Assembly (NCBI GenBank): GCA_965603825.1
Contig: CBFDEM010000060.1
Coordinates: forward strand, 248,001-312,000
Source of the DNA: Blepharisma stoltei ATCC 30299
Lineage: Eukaryota > Protista > Ciliophora
DNA length: 64,000 bases
Reading direction: 5' to 3'
The notes beneath the pieces were generated by a model. It had not been told where the DNA came from, ran no database searches, and saw only the letters and a list, made by a program, of their open reading frames with translations. Both the position numbers and the translations under genes were made by a program. This document shows, one piece after another, positions 11,193 through 22,091 of the stretch (position 1 is the stretch's first letter; each line of letters opens with the position of its first letter).

Positions 11193-11589
11193 CTGGTTAT
11201 AGTTGGATTTAAAATGGAGAGCTTTGATGAGGATCAGAAATAAATCCAATATGAAGATCCAAAGTTTCAAATCATTTTAATAATTTGATTTATTTAACGA
11301 AACCTTAAAAGAATTATTTAGCGGAATGCAGATTTAGGCTTCATTTGAGGAAATGATTATTAATGATTAGACTTTTTTTTGATTTTAGAAATATTCATTA
11401 TAGAAACAATAAAACATGAAATTTAATTCTAATTGTTTTAAAATCACACATCATAATTATATTCTGTGTTTTAGCTCTGATTCACTATATAACTTTCTTA
11501 TAACTAGATATAATATATATTTCAAATAATTCAGACTATCTGCTTCCTTTAAATTAATGCCTTAGAGGCCTATTTATATTAGCAATATA

Positions 11590-13353
11590 CTATAAATCTC
11601 GCTCCGTCGTCTTCGGTCTATATTCTCCAGTTCCTGCACATCGTGGTTGGAGCATACTTGTCAAGACTTCTTTGGTATACCTTAGTCTTCTTACCATTTC
11701 GCTGTTTGCACAGTCCATTGCTGAGCTTAACGGATACGTATTTCTTTCTCCTTTCTTGCTCACATAAGACACAATCTTGCTTTCACTACAAAGCAAAAGC
11801 TCTGTTTTATCCTGGAAGCTTACCTGCACAATCTTATTGCTGAGTCTGAAAATAATTCCATGAGAAGTTGCTAGCCATTTCTTCACATAAGTCAAAGGGT
11901 GGCTCATCTTTGTTTCCTGAATGGTATCATCATCGATCAAGTGCTTGCGGAAATGCAACAGCAATGTAACTTTCTTTTGCAGGTCGCTAGGGTAATCTTT
12001 AAAACTATGCAAGCTCACTTCTTCTGACTTGGCGGTTTGCGGTCTATGAATATATTGAAAATAGCTTCCACAGGGATCAGCAATAATTTTGGTGGAGTCA
12101 TTGAAATAGACTCCAGTGCAGTAATTTGATAATAAATATCCAAGTCCATATTTGCTTGAATAGTCAACCCATCGCTTTACCCATATTTTTGGTCCTTCTC
12201 CATTTTCTGGAGGAATATAAGAGCTGGATGAAGCTATTTTTTTCTCGTTTGTATTTGGGGCTGACTCTCTGTCTCTTGAGCTTCCTCTGGAGATTCCTTT
12301 GGTGAGTGTGGCTATTTCTAAGTTTGTTTGGGACGATGTCCTTCTAGAGTGCTTGCTTGTGCTTGAGTCTTCAGTAGCAGTTCTGGTCAGCTGAGGAGCT
12401 GTCTGCTCAAATTGCCGCAGATAAGAAGATGAAGGAGGAACTGCCAAAGTGCTAGCTGGGAGAAGCTTTGGAAAGCTATTTTTTGTAAAAAACGGGCTTT
12501 CCAATATGTCGTCTAATGAAGGGCGCTTCAAAGGATCATTTATAAGGATTGACGATATAAGAGCTTTAGCCTCATCTGAAACAGGGACATGATCAGGAAA
12601 ATTATAAGCATTCATTTTTATTCTTCTATACGTAGTTTTTACATCAGCTGTCTCAAATGGTGGCTTTCCTACCAATAAAGTATAAGCCAAAACTCCCAAG
12701 CTCCATATGTCAACTTCATATGAATGCCCTTGTTTCCCGTCCAAGATTTCTGGAGCAATATAGTTAGGAGTCCCACAAATTGTTCGCTTTCTTTCTCCAT
12801 CGTGCTCAAGTTTGGTTGCAAGCCCGAAATCTCCAAGTTTTAATTCCATTTTATCAGTCAAAAAGAGGTTTCCTAATTTGATATCTCTATGAATTACTCT
12901 ATGACAGTGCAGGTATTTCAATGCTGAAATGGTTTGTTGTAAGTAGCATTGAGCCTCTATTTCAGTTAATCTTTTTCTTCTTCTCATAAGCTCACTTAAT
13001 GTTTGATTTGCACAGAGCTCAAGAAGGATGTAAACGTTTTCACCGTCTTCAAAAAAATGTTCAAAATGAACAATATTTGGGTGATGGAGGGCTCGGTGAA
13101 TTTTTATTTCACTCATTAGCTTTTGACGTGCTCGAGCCTTTGATAGGGATTCTTTAGTAATTAGCTTTGCAGCAGTTAATTGTTTGGTATCGAGACATAA
13201 TAATTCGTATACTCGAGCAAAGCCTCCTTTTCCAAGGAACTTCCCCTTAGAGTAGGATTTGACCGATATTTCTCCGTTTACTTTGGCAATTTTCTCTTCT
13301 ATGATCTGCTGCTCTTGAGAATCAATTGAGGACCGTCTTGTACGTGAACTCAT
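11590..13353 (-). CDS. PLK1: Polo-like kinase
   Basis: GKGGFA, HRDIKLGN, DFGLA, TICGTPNYIAPE plus polo boxes (WVKRWVDYSSKYGLGY, FRLSNKIVQVSFQD). Confidence 0.95.
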   Translation of the reverse strand: MSSRTRRSSIDSQEQQIIEEKIAKVNGEISVKSYSKGKFLGKGGFARVYELLCLDTKQLTAAKLITKESLSKARARQKLMSEIKIHRALHHPNIVHFEHFFEDGENVYILLELCANQTLSELMRRRKRLTEIEAQCYLQQTISALKYLHCHRVIHRDIKLGNLFLTDKMELKLGDFGLATKLEHDGERKRTICGTPNYIAPEILDGKQGHSYEVDIWSLGVLAYTLLVGKPPFETADVKTTYRRIKMNAYNFPDHVPVSDEAKALISSILINDPLKRPSLDDILESPFFTKNSFPKLLPASTLAVPPSSSYLRQFEQTAPQLTRTATEDSSTSKHSRRTSSQTNLEIATLTKGISRGSSRDRESAPNTNEKKIASSSSYIPPENGEGPKIWVKRWVDYSSKYGLGYLLSNYCTGVYFNDSTKIIADPCGSYFQYIHRPQTAKSEEVSLHSFKDYPSDLQKKVTLLLHFRKHLIDDDTIQETKMSHPLTYVKKWLATSHGIIFRLSNKIVQVSFQDKTELLLCSESKIVSYVSKKGERNTYPLSSAMDCANSEMVRRLRYTKEVLTSMLQPRCAGTGEYRPKTTERDL

Positions 13354-14624
13354 TTTAGGGAGTTTAAAAATATGGTGACATGAAGAGGCTCATCATTTCT
13401 TTGCAATTAAATCTTAAAAGAAAATCATAATAGGTAAATTTAAAAATAATCAAAGGATATATTTAATTCATAAAAGAGATTATAATTTAGATTAATAATG
13501 CTTAAAATATAATAGCTTGCAATAAAAATTTATGATTTTTAATTATTTACTAATAATAGTACGCTTCTTTAATTACTCTTGCATTTCTAATATTCTAAGA
13601 GCCTTTACATGGCAAAGATAAATTTTAATTTCTTACCATTTTGAAGCTATAGTTGCAAAATCATTATAATTAGCATGCTATTTTATATTTATGTGATCAG
13701 TTACCATATTTCAGCATAACGCTCTATTATTTTCTAAAAAATAACTTATTTAATTAAAGATACCCAGAAAATTTTGAATATATCAATAAAGCTGATGGCA
13801 TAAATCTTGGCTGATAAAGTGCAATATGATAAATGCATCAGAATATATAAGATAAAAATTCAGTGCAAAATATTTTTAAAACAATGCTTTACACAAGAAG
13901 AAAATATAATAAAGCTACCTGTGGCTAATACCACTTATAAAATAAAGGTAACGCATTATTACAAGTTAATGACTGATTGCCTCGTCTAAATTAGCTATTC
14001 CATAGAAAATCACATCTCTCTTCAAATAATGAAATAATTCAATAGAGGATAAAAATATGAATTTAAATTCTAAATGCGGGCAAGAGATAATACTTGGAAA
14101 TCGTTATTTTTGATTATTAAATCATAAAAAGATATTTTTTTAATTAATCATTTAGTATCAAATAATATATATTCAGAGCATTTTCAGTGATATGAAAAGT
14201 TGCTGTAACTTATTTTTCAAAAATTTTGAATATTGATGATCTAAACGTGTTTTTGTGTGATTTATCGTGAATATTCTAAAATGGCTTAAAATATTTCATT
14301 ACTAGGCTTATTCAATTTATTATTTGCATGCTTCTAATGCATTCTAAGCCACACATATCAAGAAAAATTAATACCATTTAATTTTTATTACATAAGAATG
14401 CGGTAAATTTAAATATGCAAGAGCAAAACATCAATTTGTGCGATGAAATCATTCAAGAATTGGTATCTCTGAACGTTACAAGCTATAATCTACCATTCCA
14501 TTTCAACATATTGTCATTTTTTATAATAAAAAATCAATTATCTTTGAGTTGCCTCCTATTCTATTTTGGCCCATATTTTGGGCTAAACTACTATAAATAG
14601 CGAGCTGAAAACGCGGATAATCTA

Positions 14625-15167
14625 ATGGATTGCACATTAAGAGATCAACGACGCACTTTATTGCAGACAACGAATGAGCACTTTGCAGTCGCAGCTTTTG
14701 ACGTCAGTAAGGAAGAGTCTTTTACAACCTCGCCCTTCCCATCTCTACATAAAGAAAAACAGGTGTGCGCACCTAGTAGCCCTGTGCCTAATGACTTCTC
14801 CACTATTAGCAGTCCTTCCGAAACACAGACTTATCCGCTTAAAAAACGACAACGGAAAAACGGAAATCAGTTGGAGGTTTTGAAAAGAGAGTTTAATCCG
14901 AGGCAAATGTGGGATAAGGATAAAATCGAAGAAATTGCATTGATTACTGGACTGAGTCTGGGACAAATATACAAATGGAACTGGGACAAATTTCAAAAAT
15001 CAAGAATCAAGAAGAAATGTTTTCCAGATCCTGAACTTGTATGCTTGGAGAGCTTGTCACCTACTGCCCTTGAGGTAGATTTTTTAAAAGTTCAAAGGTC
15101 GTATAAGCTTTCTTTAGCTACACTGGCTGTCCAAAGAAGTTTGGTTGGGAATAATTGAACTGGGTAA
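14625..15167 (+). CDS. atypical homeodomain protein
   Basis: KKRQRKNGNQLEVLKREF..WDKDKIEEIALITGLSLGQIYKWNWDK; TGA 15156 read through to TAA 15165-15167. Confidence 0.75.
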
Positions 15168-15752
15168 TTTATTTGATTTCTGCTAATTTTTTTCTTTTGG
15201 TTTAATTATTGAATTAACATGATTTTCTGAAATAATTTAGTTTTATAATAATTTTATGGACTATTGCTCTTATGGGCACCTAGAAAACCCTTAAGGAACA
15301 ATTTTTTCAGAGATTGTCTTAACGTTGCATTTTCAATTTAAAAAATGGGAAATAAATAATCTAAAATAGCTTTTGTTTTTCAATTCGGGAGACTAGGTCA
15401 AATGGTATGAATCAATTCAATTTCTTATCATTAAAATTTCGCAAAGTTTAGCAATTATCTATACACAAGAGCACACTTTAATTTAAAATTTTTTATTTAA
15501 TGATTCTCAGGCTTATCAAATATTGATTTAATTATAGGTTATTATTCTTAGCTAATATTTTCTAAGAGTTTAAAATGCATTTATTAAACCCATGTATAAG
15601 AAATCTAATCTTATAATTATCTATTACGCATGCCAATCAAATCAATTAAAACTATTTAATAATCTTTTATTATAAGCTTATAATACCGGCAAAAGTTATT
15701 TTAAAATTCAGTTTTTATAAGATCAAAAAACTGTAACTTGAGATATAAAAAT

Positions 15753-16583
15753 ATGGTATCAGGCAAATCCAAACTATTTGCTTCCTTAAAAGTTATCGAC
15801 GTGCTTGTTTTTCTTTATTACTATATTGGAACTATCGTACTTGGATTTATCATGAAAAAACCTACCTCAAGTGTGTATGCTGCTGCAATAGTGATGCTTG
15901 TTTTCTTAGGCTTGCTGACAGTTTCAACTATTATGATCTATATAGTTAGCCCAGGATATATTCCTCAAGATTTTCAATTAGCCACGATTCCAGAAGAAAA
16001 CAAATATCGCAGCTCTAATTATATTTCAGAAACAGACTTAACTGAGGCTCGCATTACCGAATGCTCTTCCTGCAGTGTAAAAAGTCCACCTAAAACAAGT
16101 CATTGTTATGAATGCAAGAAATGTGTCCAATATAGATTTTCCCACCTCCACTTGTTTTGCAAGTGTATTGGGCTTTACAACATAAAGTTTTATTTTATAT
16201 TAATGATGAGCTGCTTAATTGGTTCAGTTACGTGCATCGGTCTTGATTATATGATAATGAGAGACACAAAAACCCCTTTTTATGACTTAAACTTACCGTT
16301 TATGCTGATGCTTTCAGCAATATATTCATTAAGGTTTATATATGAGGCGGGTGATCTACTAATATTCATGGCAAACAGAGAAATGCCACCAGTTAGAACT
16401 GAGTATAGTGTATTCAGAACTGACAGTTGGTATGAAAATTATAAATTTCTATTGGGAAGTGTATTCTTATTCTGGTTTATACCATTTAAAATTATGAGAA
16501 AGAAAGATATGGCAGTCCCATTGCGTCTCAGAACAACTTATGGGACAACAATAAAAATAAAGCATAAATATGTCTGCAATTAA
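15753..16583 (+). CDS. DHHC palmitoyltransferase-like membrane protein with degenerate catalytic motif
   Basis: SPGY, C..C...PPKTSHC..C..CV...(FSHL)...CIG..N; 4 TM segments. Confidence 0.8.
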   Translation: MVSGKSKLFASLKVIDVLVFLYYYIGTIVLGFIMKKPTSSVYAAAIVMLVFLGLLTVSTIMIYIVSPGYIPQDFQLATIPEENKYRSSNYISETDLTEARITECSSCSVKSPPKTSHCYECKKCVQYRFSHLHLFCKCIGLYNIKFYFILMMSCLIGSVTCIGLDYMIMRDTKTPFYDLNLPFMLMLSAIYSLRFIYEAGDLLIFMANREMPPVRTEYSVFRTDSWYENYKFLLGSVFLFWFIPFKIMRKKDMAVPLRLRTTYGTTIKIKHKYVCN

Positions 16584-16617
16584 ATAAGATATATAAATTA
16601 TAAATAATGAGACTTAA

Positions 16618-18300
16618 TTAAACTGAGAGTAAATTCATTTTAAGAGTCCATTGAGGAATTAAATAGCCAAATAAACCGTAAGCTGGAAATGGATCAATGT
16701 AGGAATTGCCAGAGCGAGAATAGTATTCGAGAGAATACAGCATAATTATCAGACCATTTACAATGATGAGCCCAGCCCATACGATAATGTTATATAATCT
16801 TGATGATTGTGTCTTCATTGAAATCATCAGTAGCCCTGGGCCGCTTATTAATATGAACAAGAATGGAGAAAAGAATCCAAGGGATAAATCTATCAGTAAT
16901 TCGCAAACGATCCCACTTAATAAAAATACACAAAAGCGAGCTAGTTTTTTACCTATAAACTCATTTGAAAATCTCATTAAATCAATAAAAATATAGCTGT
17001 GCACCCACTCATAAAGAATGACGCTTATTTTTCGATAAAATGTCCCAAAGTCGCTGGAATTCCACCAATCATCATAAAATTTCCTATCCGCAAAATTCAG
17101 TATCTCAGCCCAAATTGAAAACCACGAGTGCATGACTGCGAAAAATAGCAAAAGAAATACAAAAGTCCCAGGAAGCATTGACTGAATCCAAGAAATGATA
17201 AGCTTGCTTGGGTCAGTTATATTATTTGAAGCTTCTTTAAAGGTAGGGACACAGAATGCTTTGAAAATTAGTGTTGTGTATACAATGCTTCCAAAGAAAT
17301 CAAAAACGTGGACTCCAAGGTTTCTCCATCTAATAGACTTGTCAATTTTTGGATAAGAGTCTCTATAAATTAAGGTCGGAACATATAAGAAATAAGTGTA
17401 CCTTTTGAATTCTTTAGCGAAGTCTTTTAGGTTTATTTGGGGTCTTTGAATATCCTTTTCAGAGTAGCCTAGATTTTCTATATGTGAAGGGATGTAGCTT
17501 GAGTATCTATTTCGGCCATTTCCATAAAGTAATTTTTCTCTAAAATATGAATGCATTTTCATTATAAAGCGGATCATTTCGCATAGGACCACAAATGAGC
17601 TTGAAATCGGCAGCTGGTAGACTTGTCTGGAATGGATTGCGAACCAAAAAATAGAAGCTATTGATGCAAAATGCAGCAAAAATCCTAAATATAGAGACAA
17701 CCCACCCGAAATTAGCTGGACTAAAATCACAGGCCAGTAGCTCCAAATAGACATTGAAATCCACATCACAATTACTCTGTCGAAGCCTCCAAAATTTCCA
17801 GAAAGAAGATTAAGCCCTAGCACATCAGTACTATCTAAGAGATCTTTAGCGAGCTCTGCAACTCCAAAGTTTACGAGTATCGCAATAAAAATATTATAGA
17901 CTGTTTGAAAGTCCTTGCTGTACAATAGCTTTGAAATCGGAGCAGACTGCTTTACATGAACTTTTTCGACAAAAATAGGGCGATGATTAACTTCTTCTTT
18001 GACGTCTCCTCTAATGATATGCTTTACTTCCTTAGCTCCTTTTCTTGATTTCTGCTCAAAATCAGTTAAAATTTGTGTGACTTTGCTGTGAAAATCTTCT
18101 TTGAGAGTATTGAATTTCTCATCCAAGATTTGTCCGCTTCTTTGAGCTAGCTCTAAAAGTTTTTTCTCGACCATTTCTTCGGCTGCAATTTTTTGCTGGT
18201 CTTCTAGAATGCTTATAGTCTTTAGAACTTTGCTCATCTCTGATTTCAATGCTGCGATCTTTTCAGCTTGAAATGAGTCAGGTATCTTTTTGAGATCCAT
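16618..18300 (-). CDS. sterol O-acyltransferase (SOAT/ACAT, MBOAT)-like protein with substituted catalytic residues
   Basis: CEMIRFIMKMHSY, YFLYVPTLIYRDSYP, FADRKFYDDWWNS. Confidence 0.88.
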   Translation of the reverse strand: MDLKKIPDSFQAEKIAALKSEMSKVLKTISILEDQQKIAAEEMVEKKLLELAQRSGQILDEKFNTLKEDFHSKVTQILTDFEQKSRKGAKEVKHIIRGDVKEEVNHRPIFVEKVHVKQSAPISKLLYSKDFQTVYNIFIAILVNFGVAELAKDLLDSTDVLGLNLLSGNFGGFDRVIVMWISMSIWSYWPVILVQLISGGLSLYLGFLLHFASIASIFWFAIHSRQVYQLPISSSFVVLCEMIRFIMKMHSYFREKLLYGNGRNRYSSYIPSHIENLGYSEKDIQRPQINLKDFAKEFKRYTYFLYVPTLIYRDSYPKIDKSIRWRNLGVHVFDFFGSIVYTTLIFKAFCVPTFKEASNNITDPSKLIISWIQSMLPGTFVFLLLFFAVMHSWFSIWAEILNFADRKFYDDWWNSSDFGTFYRKISVILYEWVHSYIFIDLMRFSNEFIGKKLARFCVFLLSGIVCELLIDLSLGFFSPFLFILISGPGLLMISMKTQSSRLYNIIVWAGLIIVNGLIIMLYSLEYYSRSGNSYIDPFPAYGLFGYLIPQWTLKMNLLSV

Positions 18301-18557
18301 ATTTATTAGTGAATTACGAATTTTGCTAGAAATTTTATGACGAAAGCTTATTTAAAAGCTTTTAATACTCCTTGATCTCAGTCTGCTTTATAAAAGCAAT
18401 AAGCATTAATATAAAGCTTAAAGATCATCAATATTAAGACTTTTGTATATTAATAGAGAGGATGCTTAATAATGAAGATGGAGAAATCTTAATATGACCA
18501 AGATGCACAAAACCATTTATTGTTATGAATGTACAATTTTGAAAATAGCAATTAAGT

Positions 18558-19265
18558 CTAGCTTAATGATAATAACTCTTTAATGGCATCATGATGCATA
18601 GCTCTTGGCTCATTGATTTGCCCTGAATCAAGAGCATTTTTCATTATCATTACTCTTTTGCAGATTTCGCTGCAAACTAGCTTGCCCTTTCTAATTCTCG
18701 AATCGTTGAAATAGCTATTAATCCTTGGCTTTGGAAAATTGACAGTAATAAATTCGTTCTTAGTCCCTCTTTTATTGCAAAATTGCTGATTTGCACAACT
18801 GACTGTGGAGAATTGGCAAGTCTTTTGATGCTCTTTTATATTTGCAAGGCAGCAGATTTCTCCGCAGCCTTGATTTTTATTTTTGCATGCTATTTGTAAA
18901 TTATTAATATACTTAAGGAGCAAGATGCTTGGCTCTCTTGGTACTGCTAATGATCTACAAATTGGGCAAGTCACTATTGGCGTTCTGATCAATCTTAGAT
19001 GAGAATTTGCATGGGATGAGCTAATAATCTCGAGGAAACACTTTTTGCAAAGCAAACTCCCACATTGAACACACTCAAGAGGATTTCTAACAACTCCAAG
19101 GCAAACTGGGCATAAAAAATCTTTTCTAGGAGGCTCGATAAATCTATCAATTTCATAGCCTTCTTTAAGGCTAAGATCATCATGTCTATAGTTTTCAACG
19201 AGAATTGGATCGTCAATGTCTGCTTCTACTATTTCTACATAAGCTATAGAATCGCTTTCAGTCAT
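18558..19265 (-). CDS. RING + TRAF/SIAH-type zinc finger protein
   Basis: CPVC..PLEC..CGSLLCKKC..CPICR, then C.N...GC....H..TC.F..V.C. Confidence 0.8.
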   Translation of the reverse strand: MTESDSIAYVEIVEADIDDPILVENYRHDDLSLKEGYEIDRFIEPPRKDFLCPVCLGVVRNPLECVQCGSLLCKKCFLEIISSSHANSHLRLIRTPIVTCPICRSLAVPREPSILLLKYINNLQIACKNKNQGCGEICCLANIKEHQKTCQFSTVSCANQQFCNKRGTKNEFITVNFPKPRINSYFNDSRIRKGKLVCSEICKRVMIMKNALDSGQINEPRAMHHDAIKELLSLS

Positions 19266-19381
19266 TTTAAATTATAAATTAAAGGAGCGCAAAAAAGTAA
19301 TCATACATATTCTTAAGGGGCTAGGATATTCATTAGTAATAATTCAATCGGAATCATTATTAAATTATTTCAAAATTTGCG

Positions 19382-20320
19382 CTATGATTGTTTTGATATC
19401 ATACTGCTTTTTATGAACTCTTCCAGTCTTTTAGTTTTCTCTTCGCTTGCCTTAAGTTGCTTTTTCGTTTTAGACAGCTTTTGGATGAGATCAGTATTAG
19501 AAACTGTCTCAAAATTCACTCCCTTTTCAAGCAGCTCAATCCTTTCCTCTTTTTCCATCATCTTCATCGAATTTTCTTTTAATTTTATATTTAAATCTTC
19601 GATTATCCCTTCAAGCTTCCTTTTTTCAATCAAAAAAGTACCGCTTTCTTCAATTTTTTTCTTTAAAGTTTCTTCTAACTAATTATAAAATACCAAGTTT
19701 ATTTTGACGTCCTTTGTCGACTCGTTTACATCCAAATTAAATCTTAAATAGTTCATTGACTTCCTCAGATCCTCAAACTCCTCTATTGTCTGCCTCAGCT
19801 GGGCAAGTAAAATTTGTATACTTTCGTGTGAGCTTGAAAGCTGCTCATAAAGATTTTCTATTTCGTTTGCAAATGAAGCTTTAAGCTGGTCAAATTCATT
19901 TTTATTGCCTTCAAGCTTTAGTGTACTTTTAGTGCTCTCATTTGAAGAAATTAAGCCTATTTCTTTTTTAAGAATTTGGTTTTCTTCTCATAAGATTTTG
20001 TAGTTTTCTTTGAGAGCCTCGTATTTTTGTTCGATTGATTCAGGTTTTTCGAAGGAAAATGACTTTCGGTCTGGAGATTGAGCCTTTGTGCTTTGTGGGA
20101 AAAATACAAATGAAGTCTCTCGATATCGCTTGTGGGAAATTGATGGAGATTGCGTTCTTACTATTGGAGATTTTGGAGTAAGCGTTGATGATTTTAAATC
20201 AGAACTGAAGGATAAATTATATGGATCTTTATTGAGGATTATTGGAGATTTTGAGGCTTTTCTAAATAAAGCATACAGCCTTGAAGATGCTATCAAATAT
20301 GTTCGGTTTTCCTTTTTCAT
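19382..20320 (-). CDS. coiled-coil hypothetical protein
   Basis: Track ORFs joined by TGA 19988 and intron 19679-19693. Confidence 0.75.
19679..19693 (-). other. 15-nt intron
   Basis: GTATTTTATAATTAG, in-frame TAG. Confidence 0.85.
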
Positions 20321-21018
20321 AATTTAATGTTTAAAATTAAATGATTACTTATTCTTTACGAAAAAGCAGAAAACAATATATTTAAAGAAAAAATATTCAT
20401 ATAATTTTAGAGATTTAAATTTTGGGGAAATTATTTTGCACATCTCATTCACTATTTTAATAATTTTTAGTTAGATTTATAATTGAGCAGCTTATTCGAC
20501 TAAGATTTAAATTTAAAAATATTTATTATAGTTTATATGCTAATAATAAAATTCTCATCGTTTTCGAGCCGTATTTTTCAATAAACTTCATTTGTTGCTA
20601 GGTGCTTAGATTTTAAAAAAATGTTCTTACATCATCAGTAAGCTCGGTATAAAATTTATGCCACTTTTAATTATGAAATTTGAGAATCAGTCAATCGGTT
20701 ACAGTTTTGGCTCGGCGCTCTTACTCATTATGAATAGTCGATTGCAATATTTTAAACTAGCTTGTTTATAAATTTAAAACTCGATATAATTATTTTTTGA
20801 AATAATGCGCTCTATCCACATTGATCCAGCTATTTGTTTCGCCTTACAAAATTTTTTAATATTCGCTAAAGTAAAGCAACGAAACTGAAGAGCATTCTAT
20901 AATCATTTTAAAATAAGTTAATTTTATTTCTCAACTTATTCATTAGCAACTCCATCATTGACTTTTTGTCCCTTTATATATGCCAGAATAAATATTTAAT
21001 AAAATTTCAAATATAAAT

Positions 21019-21882
21019 ATGATGATTACAGCCATAAATCCAATTCAAACTTTTTCAAAAAATTTCGATGATTATAATAATCAAGAAGATTCAAATGGGA
21101 CTAATAGTAATTTTCTCACAAAAACAAACACTATTAGCCCTGTAACTTATAAAAACCCTCAACAAAATTATGAGTCTCCTCAGATGATGGAATCTGAAAT
21201 TCAAAATCAAACAGATGAATCGCAATCGATGGATGTTGAAAAACAGCCAGAGGAGCAAATGATGACTCCTTTTGAATTTTTCATGAGCTTACCCAAAAAT
21301 GTACCTGACCCTGGGCATACTCATCTACCTCCAAAACTTAGAAACACCCCAAAGCGCACTCTTGTTTTGGATATTGATGAGACTTTAGTTCACAGCGATA
21401 TAGAGCCTACCCCAAATAGCAAAACAATGGTAAGCTTTATGAGTCATGGAAGACTTTGCAACGTCTATGTAAGCTATAGACCCTTCTTAGTTGAGTTCTT
21501 GCAGATCGTTTCACAGAAATTTGAAGTTGTCGCCTTTACAGCTTCACAAAAATATTACGCAGATCAGGTTTTGAAAAGCATTGATCCTCAGAGAAAATTG
21601 ATCAAGCATAGACTATATCGAGAGTCTTGCTATGAAATCAAAGGAAACTACATCAAAGATTTGAGGGTTTTAGGAAGAGACTTAAAAGATGTTATCATTG
21701 TTGATAACTCAATTCTATCATTTGCTTTTCAGCTTGATAATGGGATACCTATTCTCTCTTGGTTTAATGACCCTAACGATAGAGAGCTGTGCAATCTCGT
21801 CACTTTACTTGATGAAATCAATAAAGCCTCAGATATTAGACCAGCATTAAAAGCAAGGTATAATTTATCAAGGTTCAGCTAA
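21019..21882 (+). CDS. CTD small phosphatase-like (FCP1/SCP, NIF-domain HAD phosphatase)
   Basis: TLVLDIDETLVHS, RPFLVEFL, FTAS..YAD, YIKDL..LGRDL..IIVDNS. Confidence 0.92.
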   Translation: MMITAINPIQTFSKNFDDYNNQEDSNGTNSNFLTKTNTISPVTYKNPQQNYESPQMMESEIQNQTDESQSMDVEKQPEEQMMTPFEFFMSLPKNVPDPGHTHLPPKLRNTPKRTLVLDIDETLVHSDIEPTPNSKTMVSFMSHGRLCNVYVSYRPFLVEFLQIVSQKFEVVAFTASQKYYADQVLKSIDPQRKLIKHRLYRESCYEIKGNYIKDLRVLGRDLKDVIIVDNSILSFAFQLDNGIPILSWFNDPNDRELCNLVTLLDEINKASDIRPALKARYNLSRFS

Positions 21883-22091
21883 AGTCAAGTTGTTTTAACA
21901 ATTAAATAAAGATAATTAACGACATTAAGTTTATACTTAATTTAAGGCTCAATAATATATTTTCCTCAACACAGAGTTTATATTTATCAATGGATTAGAA
22001 AGGCCAATTGCAGATGAAAATAGGCTAAAGTTTTCAATTTTATGTAAAATATTATTTAATAAATAATAGTAATAATGTCGGTATTTAAAGC

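Noticed and set aside
13807-14600. Short ORFs in the PLK1-homeobox spacer
   Set aside because: Composition of AT-rich non-coding DNA; no motifs
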